Below, piece by piece: positions 25,055 through 38,235 of a DNA stretch of 64,000 nt (position 1 is the stretch's first letter; each line of letters opens with the position of its first letter). Origin of the DNA: Octopus vulgaris (Eukaryota); contig OX597823.1 of the NCBI GenBank assembly GCA_951406725.2, forward strand, positions 45,260,001 to 45,324,000. The letters run 5' to 3'. Made by a program: the position numbers and the translations under genes. The notes under the pieces were generated by a model. It saw nothing but the letters and a program-made list of their open reading frames with translations. It had not been told where the DNA came from and did not search any database.

Positions 25055-27394
25055 AACAGCATAAATAGGACTGGAGCTAGTTATGAAAAAAGGTAGAAAT
25101 GAAGTAAGGAGGTTAATACTGTTATCATAGTGTACTACTATTTGCATAACTCAGTAAATGGAGAGGACTATTTGAAAGTACAGAGTAAAGGATTTGTGAT
25201 TAGGCACGATCAATTTGAAGGGAGGTATGGTTGTCTGAGCTTGAACTTGAAGCCATCAAGAAGCAAATTGGTGAAAATTCTAAGCATGATACAAGAGAGG
25301 AAGATGAGGTAGAAGAGAATGAGAAAGAAATGGTAGAACTGTATGACACAGTTGAAAGTAACATACCTGAAATAGTAGCAAATGGAAATTCTGATGACAT
25401 TAATGTATTTTTTAGTTAACAGAATACCGGTACAAGTGGAGTGCTAGAGATAATAAATTGTCAACATATAGAATGTGTGTAGTTTCTAGGAAGCTGGTTA
25501 GTGGAAATTGAACCATGAAAGTTAATTAAATTCTTGAGCATATAAGAACAACAAGAATAATAGAAGTCAATAGGATTATCAAAACAGTGAGCAAAGTTGT
25601 TGCAGATAATTTGTGACTAAAAGACAATGAAAGAACAAACAGTGTGAAGAATGCACAAAACAAAAACTCATGGCAGAAAAGAAGAATATTAGGAAATATA
25701 GGTAAGCTTGTTGGTGATGAATTGTTATTGTAATGAAAGAGGAATGGTGAACTTTTGGAACGGTTATAAATATGACTGACTGAAAAAAAAAATTTAGTAT
25801 TGACAGTGCAGGACCAAATGTAATTGAAGAAGTAAAGTAGTGTATTTTGGCAAAGAGAAGTAAAATAACAAAAATAGGATCAAAGAATGAAGCAGTATAG
25901 GCAAAATGAATTATTCCAAATTGATTAGAAAAAAAAATGATTGATAAATAAGTGGGGAAAACAAACATGGGACATAACAAACTGGCACAGGCTTGGCTGT
26001 GTGGTAAGAGGCTTGTTCCCAACCACATGGTTCCGGGTTCAGTGCCACTTCAAGACATCTTGGGCAAGTGTCTTCTACTATAGCCTCAGGCTGACCAAGA
26101 CTTGTGAGTTGATTTGGTAGACAAAAGCTGAAAGAAGCCTGTTGTGTATATATATATGAATTATGCCTGTTGTGTATATATATATATGAATTATGCTAGC
26201 ACTGAAGATTAAAAAGTGTATTTTGTGCACTAATTATGAAATCCTATGATATGCAGCTGAATTCTATTTATAAAATGCTCGCTTTGAGAGTTGTATTCCC
26301 TCGTATCCAGCACAATGTGTTTATTTATTATGGTAGTTTTGACTTTAAGAGTCCCTCCTAGCATGAGGCATTTATGTATAGTAATGCCCTTAATATAAAT
26401 AAATATATTTAAGAGAAATAATTGATGGATTTTTCCCTAATGAGGCTTTCACACTAATTACTTGATAAATTCTTATAAAGATTTTATCCGATTTTCAATT
26501 TTATATATATACATATATATATAATATCTATGTGTATGTGTCTTTCTGTCTGTGTCTGGTACCCACTACCACTGCTTGGCAACTGGTGTTAGTGTGTTTA
26601 CATCTTTGTAACTTAGCAGTTTAGCAAAAGAGACTGATAGAATAATTCCTGGAGTCAATATACTTGATTAAAAATTCAAGGTTGTGCCCCAGCATGACCA
26701 CATTCTAATGACTAGAAAATAGTAAAAGACAAAAGATGAAAGAGTAATACCAGAAGCGAAAGAAAGTGGTTGGCTTTGGAATGCGATGTGGAGTAAGGAA
26801 GAGTAGAATGATGCTGAGGTTGAGCAGTTCCAAAATTTGGCAGAGTCTGTTTCTTGCCCCCATCAAGAAGAAATTAGAATTGGGAAAGAAAATGTAAGAC
26901 AAATAAGTAGAAAGATGAGGAATTGGAAAGTAGTTGGGCCTGATGGTATTCATGGGTATTATGACAGGATGCCATAAAAGAATAGTAGAACAATGGACTG
27001 CTCAATAGAAATGGAGAGATTCCCAAGTGGAAAACAACTGCACAAACTGTACTGTGTTTGAAGGATGCTTTATAAGGGTATGCTCTTGATGGTCACAGGC
27101 TTATATTATGTGTCATACTAATGAGGAAGCTGCTAACTGGAATAATCATTGATGAAATGTATACACATACTCTACTCTCTTTTACTCTTTAACTTGTTTC
27201 AGTCATTTACTGTGGCCATGCTGGAGCACCACCTTTAGTCGAGCAAATCGACCCCAGGACTTATTCTTTGTAAGCCTAGTACTTATTCTATCGGTTACTT
27301 TTGCCGAACTGCTAAGCTACGGGGACGTAAACACCCCAGCATCGGTTGTCAAGCGATGTTGTGGGGGTCCAAACACAGACGTACAAACATACAT

Positions 27395-27462
<68 letters not shown>

Positions 27463-29235
27463 GATGGGCTTCTTTCAGTTTCCATCTGCCAAATCCACTC
27501 ACAAGGCTTTGGTTGGCTCGAGGTTATAATAGAAGACACTTGCCCAAGGTGCCATGCAGTGCGACTGAACCCAGAACCATGAGGTTTGTAAGCAAGCTAC
27601 TTACCACACAGCCACTCCTACACCTATATGGCCATCCTACGCCCATATCTTGATGATAATTTTATCTGTTGAACAGAAGACTCATAAAACTAAGTAAAAT
27701 AACATCTGGATATGAGGTTAAAGGAAAACTACAAAAGATCAAATGTCTGTTGTTTATGGATGATCTCAAACTGTATGGTAAGAATGAATCTTAAGTCACT
27801 TTTTTAATGAACATTGTTCATTGCTTTAGTGAGGACATCAAAATGGAATTTGGTCTAAAAAAATGTGGAGTAATATTCTTGGAAATACTGAACTACTATC
27901 TGTGGCATTCATGGAAAGGATTGATGATAATACTGGGTATAAATACTTGGGCATGAATGAAGTGGTGGAAAAAGAAATGAAGAAAAGATTTATGCAAAAA
28001 TATCTCAAAAGACTTAGATTAGTTCTGCAGTCGAAACTGGATGAAAGAAATAAGTTTCAAACAATCAATACATAGCTGATTGCATTTTTGAGGTATGTGC
28101 ACATAATATCAATGGGAGGAAAGAGCTGCTACAGAGGCTGCAGCAAAAATTGAGAAAACTACGCCCAATGCATGGAGCATTCCACCAGCGATATTGACAA
28201 GCTGTGTCTTACCAGGAACAAAGGTGGGCGAGGGCTAATCAGCCATGAAAATTGTATATGTTCAGAAGAAAATAATTCATGGTGGTATATCAAGAATGCC
28301 ATGCAACCTTTGCTGGCTCAGGTGAGAATACCTGTTACAGTCAGGATTGATACTTGTAGGGAGATGTTAGTACAAAAGAAATAAAAGTAAGGAAGATGAA
28401 AGGAAATGGAATAAAGAAAAGATGAACAGGTAGTTTGAGAAAGAGAGGCAGGCAGGAATGCAAATGCCAATGGAAGTTGGCACTGGCTTAAGAAGTCAGA
28501 AACAGAATCGTCGATCTGTGCTGTGCAGGTACAAGCACTCAGGATAAACTATACTGAGTGCAGGATTGACAATAGAACAGAAAGAGACAAGTGCAAGGTT
28601 TACAGCGATAAAGGGGAAACTGTATGGCATATTGTAGATGAATACAAGAAGTTGGCACAAAAAGAATTCAAGAGAAGACATGATAATGTCAGAAGAATGA
28701 TTCAGTGTGAGTTTGGTGGCATATATGGATTGAACAGAGTAAAGACGGGGTTTGGATATACCCCAGAAGGAGTAATCGAAAATGATTAGGTAAATATACT
28801 TTGGCATGTAATGATCCGATGTAACTATCAAATTGACTATTGAAAGCAGGATAGAGTGATTGTAAATGAAAAGGAAAGGACTTGTTTAATTTTTTATATT
28901 GCATGTTCAGGTGATGAAAGTGTATTGGAAATAGAAGAAGTGAAGCAGGTCACATATGATGAGCTGAAGTGGGAGATAAACAGACTGAGGTCAATCTAGG
29001 AGGTGAGTGTTGTAGCTGTTGTTGGAGCCTCAGGAACTATAAGTATGAAGCTCAGAAAATGGATTGAAAAGATTGGATTAGGTGTGAAGTTAGGGCACCT
29101 ACAGAAAAATAGTGTTGCCTGGGACTGCACAAAACATCAGCACAGATCTCAAAATCTAAATGAAGATTGTTACTTTAGTCCATTGGTTGTGGACAGCTGA
29201 AAGTTATATTCCTCAGTGAAGATGTTTTGTTAAAG
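25055..29235 (+). mobile_element. Decayed R4/Dong-like (RLE) non-LTR retrotransposon, interrupted by SINEs
   Basis: Broken RT/RLE motifs: NWKVVGPDGIHGY, KLLTGII, LLFMDDLKLYGK (about 27745-27782), YKYLG, DIDKLCLTRNKGGRGLI, ETVWHIV..KKLAQKEFKRRHDNV, VVGASGTI. Many stops and frameshifts; 5' boundary uncertain. Confidence 0.8.
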
Positions 29236-29271
29236 AATACCGCCGCTGCCACCTCCACCACCACCACCACC

Positions 29272-29303
<32 letters not shown>

Positions 29304-29400
29304 CAACAACTGCTACTACTACCAGTACCACATTCCTATCAATATTTAAATTTTTATCCTTAGCATTCTAGACGAAAACCAAAAAAATATATATACATAC

Positions 29401-29536
29401 TAATGTTTCTTTTTTTCGCAAGTCTCATGATGTTTTCGGTTGGGTCAGATCCCATTGAGAGGAAACATATCATTGGACAATGGCAGTCAGATTCTTCACT
29501 CATTGTCTCGAGGTTAAGAATGACCCCTTCAGCATA
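29401..29536 (-). CDS. DNAH5: Dynein heavy chain exon D, 136 nt, start of AAA6 (not in ORF track)
   Basis: [45 protein letters not shown], with the LSMGSDP motif. Acceptor tttccttgtag, donor A|gtatgt, phase 0-1. Confidence 0.93.
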
Positions 29537-29885
29537 CTACAAGGAAACAGAACAAATTAATGCAAAAATAATTAGTCAGCTCATTGATAACAGTAAGAAA
29601 GTTTGATGTGCAATTCCGATACTAATCAACTAAATAACCAAGTGGCCATATTAGGCTACTATTTTCTTAAAATAGTAATTCCAAATCTGTTGTTTCTTTC
29701 AATATTTTGTTAAGCATTTACTTATTGTGGATCTATGACACAAAACCATACATAAATGTTTTTACGCAAAGGCAATTATGAAAAATTTAAAAAGAAGGGA
29801 AAAAAATAAATTAGTAGTAAAAGAAATTCTTCTCAATAGTAATCTATTTAAGAAAAGAAAATGATCCTTAAAATGATATTTTTAC

Positions 29886-30053
29886 CTGTGATCCCATGGC
29901 TTCAGCTACATAGATTCGAGCCATTGGTATGGCTCTGTCAGGGCACCATGCTCTTACCAATAACAGTTTGTGCCAAGAGCTGAGAGTATTATTGTAGCCA
30001 TCAGGTATAGGTGCTTCTTCAGGGATCTCTTCATCAAACCAGGATTTCCAAGC
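29886..30053 (-). CDS. DNAH5: Dynein heavy chain exon C, 168 nt (not in ORF track)
   Basis: AWKSWFDEEIPEEAPIPDGYNNTLSSWHKLLLVRAWCPDRAIPMARIYVAEAMGSQ. Acceptor tttttaag, donor CAG|gtaaaa, phase 0-0. Confidence 0.93.
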
Positions 30054-32144
30054 CTTAAAAATAAAACAAAGATAATGTTTTTTTCAAAAGTAAGCTATAA
30101 CAATGATGTATCTGTACATATATTTCCAGGAAGTATCCACAATTTTTATGGAAAAGATATTAAACTGCATCCAGTGGTGAGGCTACAGCTCAGGAATTTA
30201 AAAGTATGGGCATAGCCCCTAATCCCCACAGCTACTCAGTCTACTCTGGTCTGGAGTGACAATACCTATCAAGATCCCCAGTTATGGGTCAAATTGCTGG
30301 AGCTGGTCCTATGACTAAAGCAAACAAAGACTCAGATGAAGGCTGGCCTCTTAGATATGTGTTACACAAGCTGATGTGTGGATATCCTCTGATATCATGC
30401 TAACCAGTCTCTCTACGTAAGGGATACCTAAGTCTCTCTCCTATGGGCTATATAGGCCTCAAGGCTAAGTTGGAGAGGGAGAAGAAGACTTGCAGGGCAA
30501 ATTGTTTCTAAGCTAGTAGAAGATCTGAAGCTGTTTCTGTATCTTTCCCAAGAAAATGCACGAATCTTCAGACTTTGTATGGAAGTCTATAATCACCAAC
30601 AGCTGTAAAGTATGGCATATAAAGGGAGAAACATACTCATAATATTATGTGCATCAGTTTACCTCACTATAATAACAAGTATCATGTTTTTTTCTGGGAG
30701 ATGTACTTGTAGTAGAGTGTGTACTACCCAAATAAATGCATACATTGGATTAGTGCTTCTGAAACATCACATCTATGAAGTCTTATCATTTTTGAACTGA
30801 TTCTTTAATTCCTTAATTCTATTGAGACACAGGATAGACATAGATGGCATAGTCATGTGGTTCTTTGTTTGAGACCACTGTATCACATCTTCAGATCAAC
30901 TGAAGCCTTTTGATAGAATTTAGACCTTTTATCTTTTATCTTTTATCTTGTACTTATTTCAGTCACCAGACAGTGGCCATGCCGGGGCACTGCGTTGAAG
31001 AAATTTTAGTCAAACTATTTTTCAAGACTGGTCTCTTTTGCTGAACCTCAAAGGTACAAGTACATAATCACACCAATACCTCTTGTCCAGTGGTGGTTGG
31101 GGGGACAAATACAGACACACACAAACACTCACATACACATACACACACACACACACACAAACAATGGGCTTCTTTCAGTTTCAGTATACTGAATCCATTC
31201 ACAAGGCTTTGGTTGCCCCAAGGCTACAGTAGAAGACACTTCTACAAAGTGCCATGCAATGGGACTGAACCCACTTCCATGCAGTTGAGGAACAAATTTC
31301 TTATCACACAGCCAATAGATTATGCAGAAAATGTACAGAAGCCCATCTGAAGAGTGAATTTGTTCTTGGATGGTAGACTTAACCCATTAGCTGGATGAAT
31401 GAACCACTTAGGCCTTGGGTACCTTTAGTAGAGTCCATTCTGTTGCAAGTATTTGGTTAAGGTTTTCAATCTGATACTACCCATGAGTGACAGTTACCCC
31501 ATTAATCCTCTTACAAATCTTAGAAGCCTCCAAGAAAAGGTAATTGGAAGAGCACTTTCTCTTCTGACAAAGCCATTTATAGAAGCTATGTCCTTCCAAT
31601 GTACTATACACTATAGTACTATACAATACATAACTTCTTGTGTCATAAGTTTTTGCAGCAATCTGTGGGTCACTGGCCATTCTCCTATTTCCTGTAGTGT
31701 TTTGTGTAAAGGAAACAGTTACCACTTTTAAAATATTACCACTGCTTACTGTGAGTAACTCTGCTGATACTCTGTGGTACCTTTTTAGAGAGAGACCAAA
31801 CGATTTATCTCTAAGGCCACAAGTTATAGTTCAGTGACAATTAACAAAATGTTGACCACTTACATATTAACTGTGTTTCCAAATCCATAAGGAAAGAGCA
31901 ATAAACTATGGTTGGAATGTTAATTAAGCCAGTCAAAGCATTTGACAAGCACTAATTTATTTTATCAGTTCCAGTAGGATGAAGAGTAAAGCAGACATTA
32001 GCAGGGTTTGAACTCATAAATAAATACTACAGAAATGATCACTGATTGTTATTAAGGCCAAAAGACCAAAAATATTGCTTCATAAAGCTCTTAGCCCTTA
32101 CCCCCACTCCTATCTCAACAGAAAAGAAAAAAATGATTTATTAC

Positions 32145-32284
32145 CTTGTCATTTCCATTGACTTGTGACAGAATTAGATTAAACTGTGGTAATTTTTTCA
32201 GCTCTACTAGATTGAGCCAGGTCATATCAGAAATCCATTTCTTGGGTTTAGGTTCAACAGTGTTCAAGTCAAGAGCTGCCCCTC
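32145..32284 (-). CDS. DNAH5: Dynein heavy chain exon B, 140 nt (not in ORF track)
   Basis: (G)[46 protein letters not shown]. Acceptor ctatctgtag, donor AAG|gtaata, phase 1-0. Joins exon A to give FIKGGAALDL. Confidence 0.95.
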
Positions 32285-32528
32285 CTACAGATAGTAATTA
32301 TGTTGTAACAGTTTGGTAACGACTTCAAATACATGTTATATTTCACTTAAAATTTGGAAGCATTATTAACTTTTTCTGCAACTGAAAATTGGTCTTTTAC
32401 TTTGCATTTTTTTTATCTAATCATTATTGCTTCCTCTCTCTCACTACATATATACATACATACATACATACATACATACATACATACATGTATGTATGTA
32501 TATATATATATATATGTATATACATAGA

Positions 32529-32571
<43 letters not shown>

Positions 32572-32681
32572 TTGTATATTTACATACATATCTATATCTA
32601 TGTATATGTGTGTGTGTGTGCATATATATTTTTACATATGTTTGTGTGTATGTATGTATGTATCTATCTATCTATTGTATA

Positions 32682-32740
<59 letters not shown>

Positions 32741-34992
32741 GTATCTGTGTGTGCATGTATTTGTGTATGTGTGTATGAACAAATGTGTATATATAAGTTG
32801 GTGAAGTATGAACATTGCTATTTGAAGACTTATTTTATCATGCTTTTTTTAGACAAACGTGTGATGACACAAGATCTTTGGTAAAAATTGCACACAGTGT
32901 CATGCACATATTAAGCAACCTCATTTCTTTGAAAGTGTTCTTATATTTTTTTAATGGATTTTTGCATTAGCGAAAATTTCATAATTATTCTTTCTATCCC
33001 TCTCTCTCTTTCATTCTCTCTCTGTTCCATATATACTCACACATCCACAAGTTCACATATATGCAAGCTGGCAGAAACGTCAGCACATTGGGTAAAATGT
33101 TTAGCGGTATTTTGTTTGACTCTACATTCTGAGTTCAAATTCCGCTGAGGTTGACTTTGCCATTCATTCTTATGGGGGTTGATAAATTAAGTACCAGTTG
33201 TGTACTGGGGTTGATATAATCGACTGGCCTTCTCCCCTAAAATTTTGGGCCTTGTGCCTAGAGTAGAAAAAGAATCAATCTTTTTTCTTGTTTATTGGAC
33301 AAGCATGTAAACCAGTTGATTTTTATATAAAGCAATTAGCAAGCAGAGACGTAAGCTATTCAATGGTGTTCAGTTTGAGTGAACAAAAACTACACAACTA
33401 GTGCAGTGGATCAGTTTAGTTGATTATATCACCCTATATACAAACACATGGAGGCACAATGGCTCAGTGGTAAGGGCAGCGGACTCATGGTTGTAGGATC
33501 ACGGTTTCGATTCCCAGACCGGGCGTTGTGAGTGTTTATTGAGCGAACACACCTAAAGCTCCATGAGGCTCTGGCAGGAGGGGGTGGTGGTGGCGATCCC
33601 TGGTGTACTCTTTTGCCACAACTTTCTCTCACTCCTTCTTCTGTTGGCCTGCTCACTTAGCCAGTGGTGTGGCATCATTTGAAGGCTAAAACAATGCGAA
33701 GCGCATTGTGATCAGCGATGTGTAGCAAGATCTGATGGTCTGGTCGGTCACGGCGATCACGGTGATATACAAACACACATGCAAACACACACATACACAC
33801 AAACATGAACACATATGCATGCACATACACTCATGCATACACACATACACACACACATGCTAATACACATACACACACACATGTATACATATTCAACAGA
33901 CTTCTTTCAGTTTCTGTTTACCAAATCCACTCACAATGCTTTGGTCAACCTGAGGCTATAGTAGAAGACACTTTCCACACAATGTGCCACACAGGGCTCC
34001 ACACAATGGGACTGAACCTAAAACCATGTGGTTGGGCAGCAAGCCTCTTACCACACAGCCACACCTACACTTATGTGTAGATTGTGGAGTAAAGGTTGAG
34101 AAAGATATATATTGAGATTCATTGAGAGTGGGAAGTGTAAGGGTAAGGAACCCCTGTGGCCATGAATAACCATGGGATTACACTTTAAAAGTTCCCCTCT
34201 GAGGCACAAGTCTGGGCAAGGTTGTTTATGGAAGACCAGCAGTCGATTCCTCTTCATGTTACCAATGTTATCCAAGGAAAGGCAAAGGCTGATATAACTT
34301 GGCATCAGTGATGCCACAACTCATTTCTACAGCTGAGTGAACAGGAACAATGTGAAATGAAGTGTCTTGCTCAAGGACACAACACACAGCCCAATCCAGG
34401 AATTGAACTCACTACCTCATGATTGTGAACCCAACATTCTAACCACCGAGCCATGTGCCTTCACTACAGGAGATGTACAATGTACACGATGGGAAGTGTA
34501 CAATGTAGGAAAAAGTAAAGCCAAAACACTCTTTGAAAATATTCTAGCACTGTATAAAAGCATGTGCAACATAACAAAAAGAAAACCCACACAGCTTGTC
34601 CTTTTTGGTAATGAAGTGTTTCCTCATAATTCTAAGATTCATTTATTCTGAGAAGAGAGTGCAGCCAGCATGTGTACTTGACTTTTATACTGGTAACAAT
34701 GAATCATCTGAGAAAATAGCTTCTAACTAAAGTAGAGACACGAGGTCTGGATCAGCTTAAGTAGAAGTAAAAGCAAAATATTCATTTTTCAGTTCTTTTA
34801 TCTATATTGAATAAATTGCATGTATCTATGTACATTTGTTTAACAAAGTTGAAATTTTATAACAATTATCGCAAAATAACATTCGTTAGAGAGAAAATTT
34901 TGACAATTCAACAATTCTTCTCAGTTTATTTTATACAAAATTGTTGTTTTCAATTCATCATTAACTTTGCTTAATTTAGGTCAGAAACATAT

Positions 34993-35029
<37 letters not shown>

Positions 35030-35387
35030 CAAAAAAATAAAAATGCAAATTGGAAATTGGAAATTTTTATTTAATAAAATTTCTAAAGCTAAAGTTATGA
35101 TTTTGTTGTTTTTGTAAAACAGTGTGAAATTAAAAATAAAAAATAAAACTGAAATACTATATGTAAATATGGTAACCTATCACCATGTATGCAATATCCC
35201 ACTTTGCAGAACTCTGAAAATTATATAATATATATATATATATATGTGTGTATGTGTGTGTGTGTGTACATAATTTTATATATACATACGCATCTAGTAG
35301 CAGTAGCAGGTGCGTATACAGGTGCTTACACTTATCAAGTATTGACCCTAAATTTATATATATATATATGTATATATATATAGATAA

Positions 35388-35465
<78 letters not shown>

Positions 35466-35521
35466 CAGAAACATATATATATTTGTAACCACAAAATGTA
35501 AGAAGCAAAACCAGACAATAA

Positions 35522-35582
<61 letters not shown>

Positions 35583-35745
35583 GTGTATATATATATATGT
35601 GTATATATATATGTGTGTATGTATATATATATGTGTGTGTATATGTGTATATACAATACACATATAATTTATGTGTATATATGCATGTATTTATTTATGT
35701 GTACATATATATGTGTAGGCATATACATATATGTATGCATACATA

Positions 35746-36108
35746 CAGGGTGCAGTGAATAAACTGTCATCTAAAGTACACAAAAATGAAAATAACACTG
35801 ACAACTCATTTAAACAGATATGTTTACCAAAATTACTTAAAAACACCAAAGTGTAAATTTATTAAAAAACATCGCCATTAGCTCCAACCATGGCCTCCAG
35901 ATGACTTTGGAATCTCCTGCAACTCTTCTGGATGGTCTCCTTGTTCAAGTTGATGAATGCTACCATAATCCCCTTCAGTTCATCTTTGGCGTTACAAGTT
36001 TTGTTAGTTTTTCGCTCAACTGTGCCCCACACATAATAAAGAAGTGGGTTGCAGTCTGGGGAGTTAGGTGGCCAAATGTTAGAGGTAATATGGTCATAGA
36101 CAATTGTT
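35746..36108 (-). mobile_element. Tc1/mariner (maT/DD37D-like) fragment
   Basis: TA|CAGGGTG terminus. Minus strand reads WPPNSPDCNPLLYYVWGTVER. Confidence 0.75.
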
Positions 36109-36243
36109 GATCCCTATAATAGTTTCATGTGTCTTTTTGACAGGAAATGTTTTTTGTCCTGCCGCATTTCTATCAACCCTCCCCAGCACATTAGCTTGGT
36201 TGGGGGAACTGGTTTCGTCACTGATGATACAACCATGCAAATA

Positions 36244-37061
36244 TAGGGTGCACTGAATAAATTACTGTCTAAATTATGCAAAAATGAAAATAACACTGAC
36301 ATCTCATTTTAACAGATATATTTACCAAAATTACATTAAATTATTTTGAAATACTAAAAAGTAAATTTATTCAATAAAATCGCCATTGGTTTCAACCACA
36401 GCCGCCAGACGACTTTGGAATTCTCTGCAACTCTTCTTGTTTAAGTAGGTGAATGCTGGCATAATCCTTGCCTTCAGTTCATCTTTGGTGTCACAAGGAG
36501 TTTTGTTGGTCTTCCACTCAACTGTGCTCCACACATAATAACGAAGAGGGTTGCAGTCTGGAGAGTTAGGTGACTAGACGTTTGAGGTGGTGTGGTCACA
36601 GAAATTGTCTGACAGCCATGACTGGGTTCTCGTGTTGTCAGACATAGAGTCTTCCAGCAGCCACCCTCTTGACCCATGGCAGCACTACCTCAACCAGACA
36701 CTTGATGTAGGACTCTATGTTGAGTATGAGGCTGTGTGGGAAGATGAATGGAGGCATATTGTCGCCATCACTAGTGATCACTCCAAACACTATGATGTTG
36801 GCTGGATGTTTGATCTTTATCACACTTGGTACATGTCCTCAGATTGACACCTAAACACTCTGAAATGTTTGTATTGGAACTTCCGGTGTGAATTCCAAGA
36901 AGTACAACATGTTATTTCGAAATTTCTGGTGTCATGGTGCTGTTTTCCTTACAGATGGTGTCCAACTAACCCTACTATACTAATTAGTTGACAAAATCAG
37001 AAACAATGCGCATGCGCGAAATTAGAAATATAAATGGTGACAATTTACCCATCACATCTTG
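36244..37061 (-). mobile_element. Second, internally deleted copy of the same maT-like transposon
   Basis: Same terminus and body as 35746-36108. Peptide KHPANIIVFGVITSDGDNMPPFIFP..IESYIKCLVEVVLPWVK; imperfect opposite TIR at about 37035-37061. Confidence 0.78.
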
Positions 37062-37072
37062 TGTATATATAT

Positions 37073-38235
37073 ATCATCATCATCATCGTTTAACGTCCCC
37101 TTTCCATGCTGGCATGGGTTGGATGGTTTGACTGAGGACTGGTGAGCCAGAAGGCTGTACTGGGCTCAATCTGATCCAGCAAAGTTTCAACGCTTGGATG
37201 CCCTTCCTAATGCCAACCACTCTGAGCGTGTAGTGGGTGCTTTTATTCTTTTATGTGCCAGTCGGGTGGTTCTGGCAATGACTATGCTCAAAAGGTGTAT
37301 TTTACATGCTACCTGCATGGAAGCCAGTCCAGTGGCACTGGCAACGACCATGCTTGAATGTTGTTTTTCATGTGCCAGTAAGGTGACGATGGCAATGATC
37401 AAGCTTGAATGGTGCTTTTTATGTACCACCGGCATGGGAGCCAATCCATAGCCCTGGCAACGCTGATGCTCGGATGTGCTTTTAACGTGCCACTGGCACA
37501 AGTGCTGATCAGGTGGTACTATCATCGGCCATGTCAGTGATTTTGATTTGATTTCACTTGCCTCAATAAGTCTTCGCAAGCAAAGTTAAGGGGTACTCAT
37601 AAATGGGCTGGTTACACCCACTGGCATAGGCCATGGGCTATGGTCTCACTTGGCTTGTCAGGTCTTCTCAAGCACACTATATCTCCAATGGTCTCAGTCA
37701 CTAGTCATTGCCTCGGTAAGGCCCAATGTTTGAAGGTTGTGCTTCACCACCTCATCCCAGGTTTTCCTGGGTCTATCTCTTAAACAGGCTCCCTCAACTG
37801 CTAGGGTGTGACACCTTTTCACAAAGCTGTCCTCATTCATTCACAATACATGACCATACCAGTGCATTATCTCTCTGTTGCACACTGATGCTTCTTAAAT
37901 CCAACTTTTCTCTCAGGGTGTATGCACCCTGTCATGTATGCACATTGACATTACACATCCAGTGGAGCATACTCGCTTCATTCCTTGCAAGCTTACGCAT
38001 GTCCTCAGCAGTCACAGCCCATATTTCACTGACACGTAGCATGGTTGTTCGTGCACATGCGTCATACAGTCTACCTTTTACTCTGATCAAGAAGCCTTTT
38101 GTCACCAGCAGTGGTAAGAGCTCTCTGAACTTTGCCCAGGCTATTCTTATACTAGCAGCTACACTTTCAGAGCATCCAACTCCACTACTGACTTGGTCCT
38201 CTAGGTAATGGAAGCTATCAACTACTTCTAGTTTT
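37073..38235 (-). mobile_element. 5'-truncated RTE-clade LINE
   Basis: Minus strand LEVVDSFHYL..RIAWAKFRELLPLL..KGRLYDACART..SEIWA..EASMLHWMC, then a 3' UTR with short tandem repeats and a (GAT)n tail. Confidence 0.85.

Noticed and set aside
25231-25419. Acidic ORF as a host gene
   Set aside because: It lies in the decayed 5' region of the R4-like element, surrounded by stops.
36200-36240. ctgatga and tttcgtc near each other as a hammerhead
   Set aside because: The two boxes lie on opposite strands, so they cannot form one core.
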